Source: an uncultured Hyphomicrobiales bacterium
GTDB taxonomy: Bacteria > Bacteroidota > Ignavibacteria > Kapaibacteriales > UBA2268
NCBI GenBank assembly: GCA_964610885.1
Contig: CAZSWR010000002.1
Span: 23,811-87,810 of the forward strand
DNA length: 64,000 nt
Direction: 5' to 3'
Part shown: in pieces, positions 17,586 through 25,959 of the stretch
Layout of the letters: the number at the start of each line of letters is the position of its first letter
Numbering within the stretch: position 1 is the stretch's first letter
Position numbers and translations under genes: made by a program
The notes under the pieces: generated by a model
The model's database searches: none
What the model saw: the letters and a program-made list of their open reading frames with translations, nothing else
What the model was told of the DNA's origin: nothing

Positions 17586-17876
17586 TCACACCCAATCGCT
17601 GAGGAACGCTTGGTGCTTCACCGGCTCGAATTCCGTTACGGTGTGCGTGGCCACGTTTTCCAAATGGTAGGGATCATTTAAGAAAAAGTTTACTATCTTT
17701 TCGCGTGATTCGGCGCGGCACACGATGATTCCGCCCGTCCTGGGGCTCTTCGGGCCGGAGCAAAGCAATAACCCCGCCTCGTATCCGGTTTGGAGAAATT
17801 CGCGGTGGCGCGGAAGGACCGCTTCGATGGCTTCTATCGGCTTCGTGTAATTAATATCTACAATGAAATGTTTCAT
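17586..17876 (-). CDS. YciI-family protein
   Basis: 96 aa. MKHFIVDINYTKP...HREFLQTGYEAGLLLCSGP...GGIIVCRAESREKIVNFFLNDPY matches the YciI pattern. Confidence 0.8.
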   Translation of the reverse strand: MKHFIVDINYTKPIEAIEAVLPRHREFLQTGYEAGLLLCSGPKSPRTGGIIVCRAESREKIVNFFLNDPYHLENVATHTVTEFEPVKHQAFLSDWV

Positions 17877-17977
17877 ACAAAATGTCCTGCATGATTAACA
17901 ATAAACACTATTGTATAATACGTTGGATGTTGGGTTTTGTTCGTGGAAATTTTGGAATATTTTCAAGTTATCACGCG

Positions 17978-18487
17978 CTAAAACAGGCCAATGCGAATGA
18001 CCAATTTATTGTCGTCGTTGACGTAAACCTTCTGTAACAGGCACTTTTCGATGCCCGACAAATTGTACAGCGGCACCTGGCGGAAGTATTTATTCACTAT
18101 GTAATTCGACACAGCCGTCTCGACACCCCACACGTCCCCAAAGAAATTGAAATTGTCCACTTTGATATTCGAGAAGAAAATCGTGTCGTGCAGTATCAGC
18201 GGCGAACCGGAAAACGTGATCGTGCCGTTCTTTTCCACTTCCAGTCCCAGAATGGATTTATGCACCGCGAGCGATACTTTTATCTGCACCGAATTTTTGT
18301 TGTATTCCAGTATGACCGTATCAATCTGTTTGATCCGCAGGTTGACGACCGACAAATCCTGTTCGCGCGGGAGGCTTTCGTTGGCCTTGTCCTTAATTTC
18401 TGTATTGGTCAGTCTGTAATTGTAGCACGCCTGGGCCATCAGTGCGAGAGCCATTATTAAACCGAGAAGGATACTTTTGCTTTTCAT
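17978..18487 (-). CDS. DUF1439 (YceB-like) lipoprotein
   Basis: ATG at 18487 gives the lipoprotein signal MKSKSILLGLIMALALMAQAC. Size and layout are YceB-like (YRLTNTEIKDKANESL..., ...VSNYIVNKYFRQVPLYNL...). The track's longer ORF overlaps the upstream gene. Confidence 0.55.
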   Translation of the reverse strand: MKSKSILLGLIMALALMAQACYNYRLTNTEIKDKANESLPREQDLSVVNLRIKQIDTVILEYNKNSVQIKVSLAVHKSILGLEVEKNGTITFSGSPLILHDTIFFSNIKVDNFNFFGDVWGVETAVSNYIVNKYFRQVPLYNLSGIEKCLLQKVYVNDDNKLVIRIGLF

Positions 18488-18498
18488 TGCGAATGCCT

Positions 18499-19080
18499 TT
18501 AGAATGAAATACGAACCCGGACAGCCGGGTTGTACAGTTTGTCCACGTCCGGCCGGATCGATACGTCGAACTTCTGGTAGCGGAAATCGAAAAGGTGCGC
18601 GTCTGTATAGGCATCGACAGCCGATAGGACGTACACGCCGAGCAGGAACAGTCCCGACAGGTCGCGGTTGTCTTGGTAGTAGTTCCGCCAAGACTTCAAA
18701 GAGTCCAATTTGGTGCTGTTTGGATTGGCTTTTTTCTCGCTGTCGTATGCGTCGCTGAAGTCGTTGTAATGCGAATTGTTGTATATCACAAAGTAGCCAA
18801 GAGTGCCGGCTGCACCGATGAAGAGCGGTGCTTTCCAATAGCTTTCGTTGTAGATCTGGCCCAGCCCGGGGCAAACAAACGAGAGCAGGACGGCTTTGGT
18901 CGGGGATTTCCTCATCGTAAACTTAGTTGTGTAGGCATTTTTGTCTTTCGTGGAATCGGAGGCGGTGGGAGTTGCTGCCGTCAGCGATTGATTGCAAATC
19001 GTAATGAACACGAAAGCAAAAGCGAGAAGAAGCAATTCAAATCGTTTTGTTCGTGCTATATCTAATAGTTTTAGTTTCAT
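18499..19080 (-). CDS. DUF5683 domain-containing membrane protein
   Basis: SFVCPGLGQIYNESYWKAPLFIGAAG...LSAVDAYTDAHLFDF is the DUF5683 signature common in Bacteroidota-like genomes. ATG at 19080 was chosen as the start. Confidence 0.7.
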   Translation of the reverse strand: MKLKLLDIARTKRFELLLLAFAFVFITICNQSLTAATPTASDSTKDKNAYTTKFTMRKSPTKAVLLSFVCPGLGQIYNESYWKAPLFIGAAGTLGYFVIYNNSHYNDFSDAYDSEKKANPNSTKLDSLKSWRNYYQDNRDLSGLFLLGVYVLSAVDAYTDAHLFDFRYQKFDVSIRPDVDKLYNPAVRVRISF

Positions 19081-19235
19081 CAATGCCGTCAATTGTTTCC
19101 AACTCATCCCATTACAAATACGATTTGCCCGCCAAAAAGGTACGCAACGAAGGAATAATAACACATCGCAAAAAAATAGGACTACCACAAAACATTAAAA
19201 AGTAGGAGGGTAGTCCTATCTCAAAAAGCCAAGAA

Positions 19236-19616
19236 TTACGGTTTAATCGCAATCAGTTCGATTTCCACGCGGACGTCTTTGGGCAAGCGGGCCACTTCGA
19301 CGGCGGAGCGGGCCGGAAAGTCCGATGTGAAGTACTCGGCATAGACGCCGTTCATAATTGCGAATTCGTTCATGTCCTTGAGGAATACGGTTGTCTTGAC
19401 CACGTTTTCGAGCGTGCAACCGACGGATTCGAGTGCTGCTTTGATGTTGGCAAAGACTTGGTGTGTCTGGGTTTTGACGTCGTCGCCGGCGAGTTCGCCA
19501 GCTGCTGTGAGCGGAATCTGGCCCGAGAGGAATACGAATTTGTCCATCGCGACCATGCCCTGCGAATAGGGGCCGATAGGGGCCGGAGCCTTTTCAGTGA
19601 AGATTACTTTTTTCAT
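19236..19616 (-). CDS. ridA: RidA/YjgF-family reactive-intermediate deaminase
   Basis: 126 aa. [11 protein letters not shown]...LSGQIPL...[13 protein letters not shown]...[19 protein letters not shown]. Confidence 0.9.
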   Translation of the reverse strand: MKKVIFTEKAPAPIGPYSQGMVAMDKFVFLSGQIPLTAAGELAGDDVKTQTHQVFANIKAALESVGCTLENVVKTTVFLKDMNEFAIMNGVYAEYFTSDFPARSAVEVARLPKDVRVEIELIAIKP

Positions 19617-19816
19617 CTTTATCCTTTAATATTGTGTGGAACAATCAAGATTTCTTTCAATAAAAATGATCGTACAAACAGAATTTGCACAAAAATTTAA
19701 TGTAAAATTAAAAAAAAAGGAGAAAACTTTTAAGAAATATTGTAAACCTTTTGTAGATTTGTAGTTTATATTTCTTGAAAACTTGTTGTTAGATTTATAA
19801 ATATTAAGGATGAATC

Positions 19817-21367
19817 ATGAAAAAATTTGCTAATATGACTTATATCGATTTTTCGGTAAAGTCGAATTTCACAAAGCAAAAGAATGCTGTTAATAAAGTC
19901 CGCGCCCAGTTTGGGAAAGAGTACCCGAACATCATCGATGGCAAGGAAGTGTTTACGACTGCAAAGACCAAATCGATCAACCCTGCGCATCCGTCGGAAG
20001 TGATCGGCGTATTCCAAAAAGCCGGCAAAACCGAGGCAGAAGCCGCAATGCAATCCGCCGCCAAGGCATTTGAAACATGGAAAAAAGTCGCCCCGAAGGA
20101 AAGAGCCGAATACCTTTTCCGCGCAGCCAAAGAAATGCGCAAACGCAGAATGGAAATCAACGCATGGATGATCTCCGAAGTCGGTAAGAACTTCCTCGAG
20201 GCAGACGCCGACACATGCGAAGCCATCGATTTCCTCGAGTTCTACGGCCGCGAAATGATCCGCTACGCCGGCAAACAGCCGCTCGTGGGATACAAAGGCG
20301 AAAAGAACGATTATTTCTATATCCCGCTTGGCGTCGGCCTTGTGATTCCGCCGTGGAACTTCCCCTTCGCAATCACAGCAGGCATGACCACCGCCGCAAT
20401 CGTCGCCGGAAACACAGTCGTTTTGAAACCTTCGAGCGATTCGCCCATGATGGCATGGTTGCTCTACGATATACTCAAAAACGTCGGATTGCCCGATGGC
20501 GTGCTTAACTTCTGCGTCGCAAGCGGCGCCGAAGCCGGCGATTATCTGGTGGCACACAACAAAACCCGTTTCATCAGCTTCACCGGTTCGATGGAAGTCG
20601 GCCTCCACATTAATCAATTGGCAGCCACGATGCAACCCGGCCAAATCTGGATCAAACGCGTTGTCGCCGAAATGGGCGGCAAAGACGGTATCATCGTGGA
20701 TTCCGAAGCAGACATCGACGAGGCAGTCGCCGGCGTGGTTACTTCGGCCTACGGATTCCAAGGCCAGAAATGTTCGGCTTGTTCACGCGCCATCGTTGAT
20801 AAGAAGATCTACAACGAATTCGTGAAGAAACTCAAAGTCGCCGTCGAAGCTCTCCCGATCGGCAACCCGGAAGACAACGTAAGATTCGGCCCCGTGGTCA
20901 ATGCCAAATCCGAACAAAACGTGTTGAGCTACATTGAAATCGGCAAAAAAGAAGGCAAATTGCTCTGTGGCGGCAAAAAAGCCGAAGGCATGGACGGATA
21001 CGTCATCGAACCGACCGTCATCGTGGACTTGGCTCCCGATTCGCGCCTGATGCAAGAAGAAGTCTTCGGACCGCTCCTCGCCGTCTGCAAATCCAATGAT
21101 TACGACGATGCTCTGAAAATTGCAAACAATACAATATTCGGCCTCACCGGCGGCGTATTCTCGCTGAATAAAGACAAGATCGAACGCGCACGCAACGAAT
21201 TCCATTGTGGCAACCTCTATTTGAACCGCAAATGCACAGGCGCCCTCGTCGGCGTGCAGCCCTTCGGCGGATTCAATATGAGCGGTACGGACTCCAAAGC
21301 CGGCAGCCGCGACTATTTGTTGCTCTTCATGCAGGGCAAATCAGTTGCAGAGAAAATCCTGAAATAA
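19817..21367 (+). CDS. pruA: L-glutamate gamma-semialdehyde (1-pyrroline-5-carboxylate) dehydrogenase
   Basis: 516-aa aldehyde dehydrogenase with a RocA/PruA-type N-terminus. Catalytic motifs EMGGKD and FGFQGQKCSACSR. Confidence 0.85.
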   Translation: MKKFANMTYIDFSVKSNFTKQKNAVNKVRAQFGKEYPNIIDGKEVFTTAKTKSINPAHPSEVIGVFQKAGKTEAEAAMQSAAKAFETWKKVAPKERAEYLFRAAKEMRKRRMEINAWMISEVGKNFLEADADTCEAIDFLEFYGREMIRYAGKQPLVGYKGEKNDYFYIPLGVGLVIPPWNFPFAITAGMTTAAIVAGNTVVLKPSSDSPMMAWLLYDILKNVGLPDGVLNFCVASGAEAGDYLVAHNKTRFISFTGSMEVGLHINQLAATMQPGQIWIKRVVAEMGGKDGIIVDSEADIDEAVAGVVTSAYGFQGQKCSACSRAIVDKKIYNEFVKKLKVAVEALPIGNPEDNVRFGPVVNAKSEQNVLSYIEIGKKEGKLLCGGKKAEGMDGYVIEPTVIVDLAPDSRLMQEEVFGPLLAVCKSNDYDDALKIANNTIFGLTGGVFSLNKDKIERARNEFHCGNLYLNRKCTGALVGVQPFGGFNMSGTDSKAGSRDYLLLFMQGKSVAEKILK

Positions 21368-21389
21368 TCTGTAACAATATCATTTCATC

Positions 21390-21425
21390 AAAGGCGGGCC
21401 ACATCGGTTCGCCTTTGCTTTTTTA
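21390..21425 (+). terminator. Rho-independent terminator after pruA
   Basis: AAAGGCG...CGCCTTT stem followed by GCTTTTTTAT. Confidence 0.7.
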
Positions 21426-21735
21426 TGCAAATTTGTTTGAAAAATATTAGTTAATACTATGAAATAAATGGCCTTTGACGAATAGTTTTGAATAAATATT
21501 TCAAGATTATTTATGGTATTATCGCGAAATACAGAAAACTAATACAAATCAACTATTGTATTGAAAAATCGAGAGATAGATATTGATTGCTTCCATATAT
21601 TACTCATAAAACATTTATTTTGATACGAAATAAATAAAGAATGAATAATTATTAATGAATCTTTTTTGAAACTTGAAATTTCAATGTTCGTATAAATTCA
21701 GGAATTGAAAAATTTATGGTTTATCAAGGCTGACA

Positions 21736-24027
21736 ATGAAATCAATCAAGACTTTTGCCTTAGTGCTTTTCTTTGCCTCATTAGGATTTTCTCATGCTGC
21801 AAGCCCCAAAGCAGCCAATGCCGGAATTAATGCCGGACTGAGCGGGTATGTGGTCGATGAATCGACGAAGGAAACAATTATCAGGGCTTCGGTCGCAATC
21901 AAATCACTGAAAACCGGAAGCTTTACGAACAAGAACGGTTTTTTCTCGATCAATAATATTCCTCCGGGCAAGTATGAAGTAACTGTCAAGATGTTGGGAT
22001 ACGAGACAATCACCGAAGAAATCACATTCGAGAAAAGCGATGACATCAGGAAAACCTTCGGGCTGAAGCAAACCGCTGTCCAAGGGCGCGGCGTCAAGGT
22101 GCAGGGCAACCGCACAGAAGAGGAAAAACGAGAAATATCAATCAGCAAAGTCGTTATTCCGGTCGAGCAAATAAAGAATATTAAAATCGGTGGCGAATCC
22201 GATGTGTTTCGTACGCTTCAGTACCTGCCGGGCGTGTTGACCTCTTCGCAGATATCGAGCGCGTTGTTCGTCCGCGGCGGGTCGCCAGACCAAAACTTAG
22301 TGCTCGTCGATGGTTCGACGGTCTATAATCCCACGCATATTTTTGGGTTCATTTCCACTTTCAATGGCGACGCTATTAAGGACGTCGAACTCATTAAGGG
22401 CGGATTCCCCGCGGAGTATGGTGGCCGCTTGTCCGCCGTGCTGAACCTTACGCAAAAGGACGGCAACATGGAGAAAGTCCACGGCAATGCTTCCCTTGGC
22501 GTGATATCGTCTCGCGCTTCGCTCGAAGGCCCCAGCCCGATCAAAGGCGGTACGTGGTTCGTCGGAGGCCGCCGCACATATTTCGAGGCTATCAAGGCTA
22601 TTTTGCCCGAAGATGATAAGAATCCCTTGCCTGACTTCAATTTCTACGACTTGAACGCGAAGTACTCGCAAATCCTTAGCGACAACGATAAGGTGTTCGT
22701 CAGCGGATTCATGAGCGCAGACAAGTTTTCGATTGGCAACTATGGAATCAGCATGGATCTTTCGATAAGCAACGAATTGGCATCGGCCCGTTGGAACCAC
22801 ATATTCAGCTCGAGCCTGTTTTCCACTCTGAACGTAAGCGCCAGCAAATATACTAACAAGTTCCTCGGGGACAATTCCGGATATAAATTCATTTTCAATA
22901 ATTCAATAACTGACTATTCAGCTAAACTCGGTTTTGAATGGTACCTAAACGAAAAAATCACGGTTAAGTCCGGTTTGGATGTTTCAAATTATAAGTTCAC
23001 ATATTTGCAAAACTTCTCAGGCAATACCGATTCCACTGTCGATAACAAAAATGGACAGTTGAACATGGCCATTACTGATTGGAACTACGCCGCCTATGCG
23101 CAAGTGAACTACCAAGTGTCGGATCTTCTATCGGTGCAGGCTGGCCTGCGCGAAAGTTATTGGGACCTTAGCGACAAGATTCTTATGGATCCGCGGGCCT
23201 CGATACGCTATCAACTGCAGGAAAAAGTTGCTATCAAAGCAGCCGCCGGCATTTACCACCAGAGCCTCAGGCTGATTTCCCAACCGGATTTCCAATTCTT
23301 CGATACTTGGTTGCCGAGCGATACCACTTCGCCAGCGAGCCGCGCAGACCACTATATTCTGACAATCGAGACTCAACCGGCTGATAACTTCGACCTCAAT
23401 TTTGATTTCTACTACAAACGCATGTATGGAATCGGCGAAATGAATCGCTCCGCATACGAAGGCCGCACAGTATCCTCGCTATTCTACTTCGGCGATTCAT
23501 ATTCCTACGGTGCTGAGATATTTGCCCAGTACAGGACGGATAGATTCTACGGTTGGTTCGGCTATGCCTTGGGATACATTAGTAACAAATTCCCAAATAT
23601 CAATTATGGCGACGAATACCGCCCGAAATATGACCGCCGCCACGACCTGAAAATCGTTGCCCAATACCAAATCGATGAAAACTGGGAAATCGGCGGGACG
23701 TTCACTTTCCAATCCGGCCAATCATATACAGCGGCCACTTCGCGATACCAATCCGGCCTTCCCGATATGGAGATTGGCAAAGGCAAATGGGTCTATTCGC
23801 AAAGGAACGGCCTGCGCTTGCCTCCATCGCACCAATTGAACCTGATGGTATCGAAAAAGTTCGACATCTTTGGATTGGATGCAAAGGCAACCCTCGATAT
23901 TTATAACGTGTACAACCACAAGGATATCTGGTTCCGTTACTATGACTTGACGAAATCCAAAGCAGAAGTTACAGACGTTACTCTGTTGCCGATACTTCCC
24001 ACGCTTTCGTTCGAGATAAAATTCTAA
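21736..24027 (+). CDS. TonB-dependent receptor with N-terminal CarboxypepD_reg-like domain
   Basis: Signal peptide. GYVVDESTKETIIRASVAI...GKYEVTVKMLGYET (carboxypeptidase-regulatory fold). Plug motifs (ESDVFRTLQYLPGV, RGGSPDQNLVLVDG). C-terminal barrel ending ...LSFEIKF. Confidence 0.9.
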   Translation: MKSIKTFALVLFFASLGFSHAASPKAANAGINAGLSGYVVDESTKETIIRASVAIKSLKTGSFTNKNGFFSINNIPPGKYEVTVKMLGYETITEEITFEKSDDIRKTFGLKQTAVQGRGVKVQGNRTEEEKREISISKVVIPVEQIKNIKIGGESDVFRTLQYLPGVLTSSQISSALFVRGGSPDQNLVLVDGSTVYNPTHIFGFISTFNGDAIKDVELIKGGFPAEYGGRLSAVLNLTQKDGNMEKVHGNASLGVISSRASLEGPSPIKGGTWFVGGRRTYFEAIKAILPEDDKNPLPDFNFYDLNAKYSQILSDNDKVFVSGFMSADKFSIGNYGISMDLSISNELASARWNHIFSSSLFSTLNVSASKYTNKFLGDNSGYKFIFNNSITDYSAKLGFEWYLNEKITVKSGLDVSNYKFTYLQNFSGNTDSTVDNKNGQLNMAITDWNYAAYAQVNYQVSDLLSVQAGLRESYWDLSDKILMDPRASIRYQLQEKVAIKAAAGIYHQSLRLISQPDFQFFDTWLPSDTTSPASRADHYILTIETQPADNFDLNFDFYYKRMYGIGEMNRSAYEGRTVSSLFYFGDSYSYGAEIFAQYRTDRFYGWFGYALGYISNKFPNINYGDEYRPKYDRRHDLKIVAQYQIDENWEIGGTFTFQSGQSYTAATSRYQSGLPDMEIGKGKWVYSQRNGLRLPPSHQLNLMVSKKFDIFGLDAKATLDIYNVYNHKDIWFRYYDLTKSKAEVTDVTLLPILPTLSFEIKF

Positions 24028-24060
24028 TTAACCGGATTAATAACAAATTGAAATAAAACT

Positions 24061-24966
24061 ATGAAAAAGAATAAAACTATGAATTTCGGCAAAAACTTGC
24101 TCTTAGTGCTTTCGGTTGTTTTGTCCGGTATGATTATTTCTTCGTGCGAAGACTCGCTGCCGGCCGACTACCAACCCAAAACAATAGTCGAAGGATACTT
24201 GCTCGTGGACAATCCGATTTCTTGCATTCGTGTTATGAAATCACAGCCTGTGCTCGATTCGTTCGACCGATTCAAAAGTGCGATTACCGACGCCAAGGTC
24301 TATATAGTCGAAGGCGACAACAGAATGGAATTAGTTTTCAATAACGATACTGCCAATCCGGCTTTCACGCTTGCAGACCAAAACTATAAAGTCAAACCGC
24401 TCACCACATATTCGCTCGAGGTGCGAGTAATGGAAAACGGAAAAGAAAAGATCATTACCGGAACCACCACCACACCGAACCGAGTGGAATGGGTGCGCCG
24501 CGCCAAACGGTTCGAACAATATCCCTTGGATACGGCACACGTCAAACCAAACGATACATGCTCTTGGACAAACGTCGATCGGCCAGTGTATTATTTGTTG
24601 TCGTGTCGTTGCCTGGACACGCTTGCATACGGAAAATACCTCGATGGCGGCAATCCAAACGAAAAGAACCGCCGTATCTACCGCCCTTGGGACGACGAAG
24701 AAGATCAGAGCAAACACCCCGAAATATCTCAGTGGGCGATGATCTCGGAGAATTCATCACCGGTTGTATGGACGATATTTAAATTCTATGGACTTCACGA
24801 AGTAACGATTTGGGTGCCCGAGGAGAATTTCTTGAAATGGTTCATTCAATACTCTTGGTTCGCCGATTACAACGAAAACACTTCAAGCGTCAATGGTGGA
24901 TTCGGGTGGTTCGGAAGCGCCAGCTGCGCAAGGGATACCGTTTTCATACTCAAGAACCAACCGTAG
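24061..24966 (+). CDS. DUF4249 lipoprotein (TonB-receptor partner)
   Basis: Lipoprotein signal ...LSGMIISSCED. The sequence KTIVEGYLLVDNPISCIRVMKSQPV is typical of DUF4249, and the gene follows a TBDR as that family usually does. Confidence 0.7.
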   Translation: MKKNKTMNFGKNLLLVLSVVLSGMIISSCEDSLPADYQPKTIVEGYLLVDNPISCIRVMKSQPVLDSFDRFKSAITDAKVYIVEGDNRMELVFNNDTANPAFTLADQNYKVKPLTTYSLEVRVMENGKEKIITGTTTTPNRVEWVRRAKRFEQYPLDTAHVKPNDTCSWTNVDRPVYYLLSCRCLDTLAYGKYLDGGNPNEKNRRIYRPWDDEEDQSKHPEISQWAMISENSSPVVWTIFKFYGLHEVTIWVPEENFLKWFIQYSWFADYNENTSSVNGGFGWFGSASCARDTVFILKNQP

Positions 24967-25016
24967 CAATTCAGAGAATCAGTGTTTCAAAATTGATATA
25001 CGTCCCAAATTTCCCA

Positions 25017-25057
25017 AGCCCTTCCGCAAGGCAATTCTTTCGGAAGGGCTACTTTTA
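25017..25057 (+). terminator. Terminator hairpin after the DUF4249 gene
   Basis: AGCCCTTCCG / CGGAAGGGCT 10-bp stem followed by ACTTTTA. Confidence 0.6.
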
Positions 25058-25063
25058 TGAATT

Positions 25064-25115
25064 CGACGAATGACTTCCGATAAACATGTTTTCATACTCC
25101 CTTCTCCCGACGGGA
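25064..25115 (+). repeat. 52-bp repeat, copy 1 (identical to 34888-34939)
   Basis: CGACGAATGACTTCCGATAAACATGTTTTCATACTCCCTTCTCCCGACGGGA is present identically, in the same orientation, on the other side of the kdp cluster. Confidence 0.95.
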
Positions 25116-25263
25116 ATGTAATATCAATTTCATAAATACATGAAAATGTAATTGGTTGTTGAATGTTGATGTTAATTAATAAGGTGTTGCAGTCTCCACT
25201 TATTAGATTGAAGTTTAAGATTCTGTGAATCATTTGAAAGAGCAACTAATTCTATGCCTATAT

Positions 25264-25959
25264 TCAGTTTTCGGGATCATCAGAAAACAGGTATCCCACG
25301 CCGGAAACTGTTTTAATATACTTAGGTTTGCCGGGTTCGGATTCAATTTTTTTCCTCAGTTGGCCCAGGAAGACTCGCAAATACTGAGTTTCATCGGCAA
25401 ATGGGCTTCCCCAGATGCTTTCGAGTATCTGCTTGTGGGTCAGTACTTTGCCAATATTGTTGAATAGTAATTTGAATATTGCATACTCTGTTGATGTCAG
25501 TTGTATGATTCTTCCGTTTTTCTTTAGCACTCTCGACGATAGATTCAGTTCAAACTCGCCGTAGGTTTTGACTGACGATTCGCTGACACTGTCTTTGTGC
25601 CTAAGTGCCACGCGAATCCTGGCCATTAGTTCACCGGAATGAAATGGCTTGGTAATATAATCGTCGGCGCCTGAATCGAGAAGTTTGATCTTATCCATTT
25701 CTGTGCTTCTAACTGAAAGAATGATGATCGGCGCAGAACACCATTCTTTTATTTCATTTAATACTTCAATTCCTTCCATGTCGGGCAAATTGAGGTCGAG
25801 AAGCACTAATTCAGGTATATGCGAGGCTGCCAACAATAATCCTGATTTGCCTGTATCGGCAATTATGACTTCGAAATCATTAGCCTCTAAAGTCAGTTTC
25901 AGCAGCCTACAGATCTGTGGTTCGTCGTCAATGACTAATATTTTAGTTTTGTTGCTCAT
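25264..25959 (-). CDS. kdpE: KdpE response regulator (OmpR family)
   Basis: Receiver domain (ILVIDDEP...LVLLDLNLPDM) plus a winged-helix output (IKTVSGVGYLF). Its start overlaps the kdpD 3' end by 17 nt. Confidence 0.9.
   Translation of the reverse strand: MSNKTKILVIDDEPQICRLLKLTLEANDFEVIIADTGKSGLLLAASHIPELVLLDLNLPDMEGIEVLNEIKEWCSAPIIILSVRSTEMDKIKLLDSGADDYITKPFHSGELMARIRVALRHKDSVSESSVKTYGEFELNLSSRVLKKNGRIIQLTSTEYAIFKLLFNNIGKVLTHKQILESIWGSPFADETQYLRVFLGQLRKKIESEPGKPKYIKTVSGVGYLFSDDPEN

Noticed and set aside
17978-18874. 298-aa version of the DUF1439 ORF
   Set aside because: The N-terminal 129 codons are Arg/Pro-rich and overlap the DUF5683 gene in another frame. The internal ATG at 18487 gives a clean lipoprotein signal.
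19766-20761. 331-aa ORF antisense to pruA
   Set aside because: It lies entirely inside a well-supported aldehyde dehydrogenase gene on the opposite strand. The sequence is low-complexity and rich in Cys, His and Asp, with no recognisable motifs. This is a typical antisense artefact of GC-rich coding DNA.
24979-25245. ORFs 24979-25245 (minus) and 34767-35000 (minus) sharing PSGEGSMKTCLSEVIRR
   Set aside because: The shared peptide is the translation of the 52-bp repeat. There is no start context and no conservation outside the repeat.
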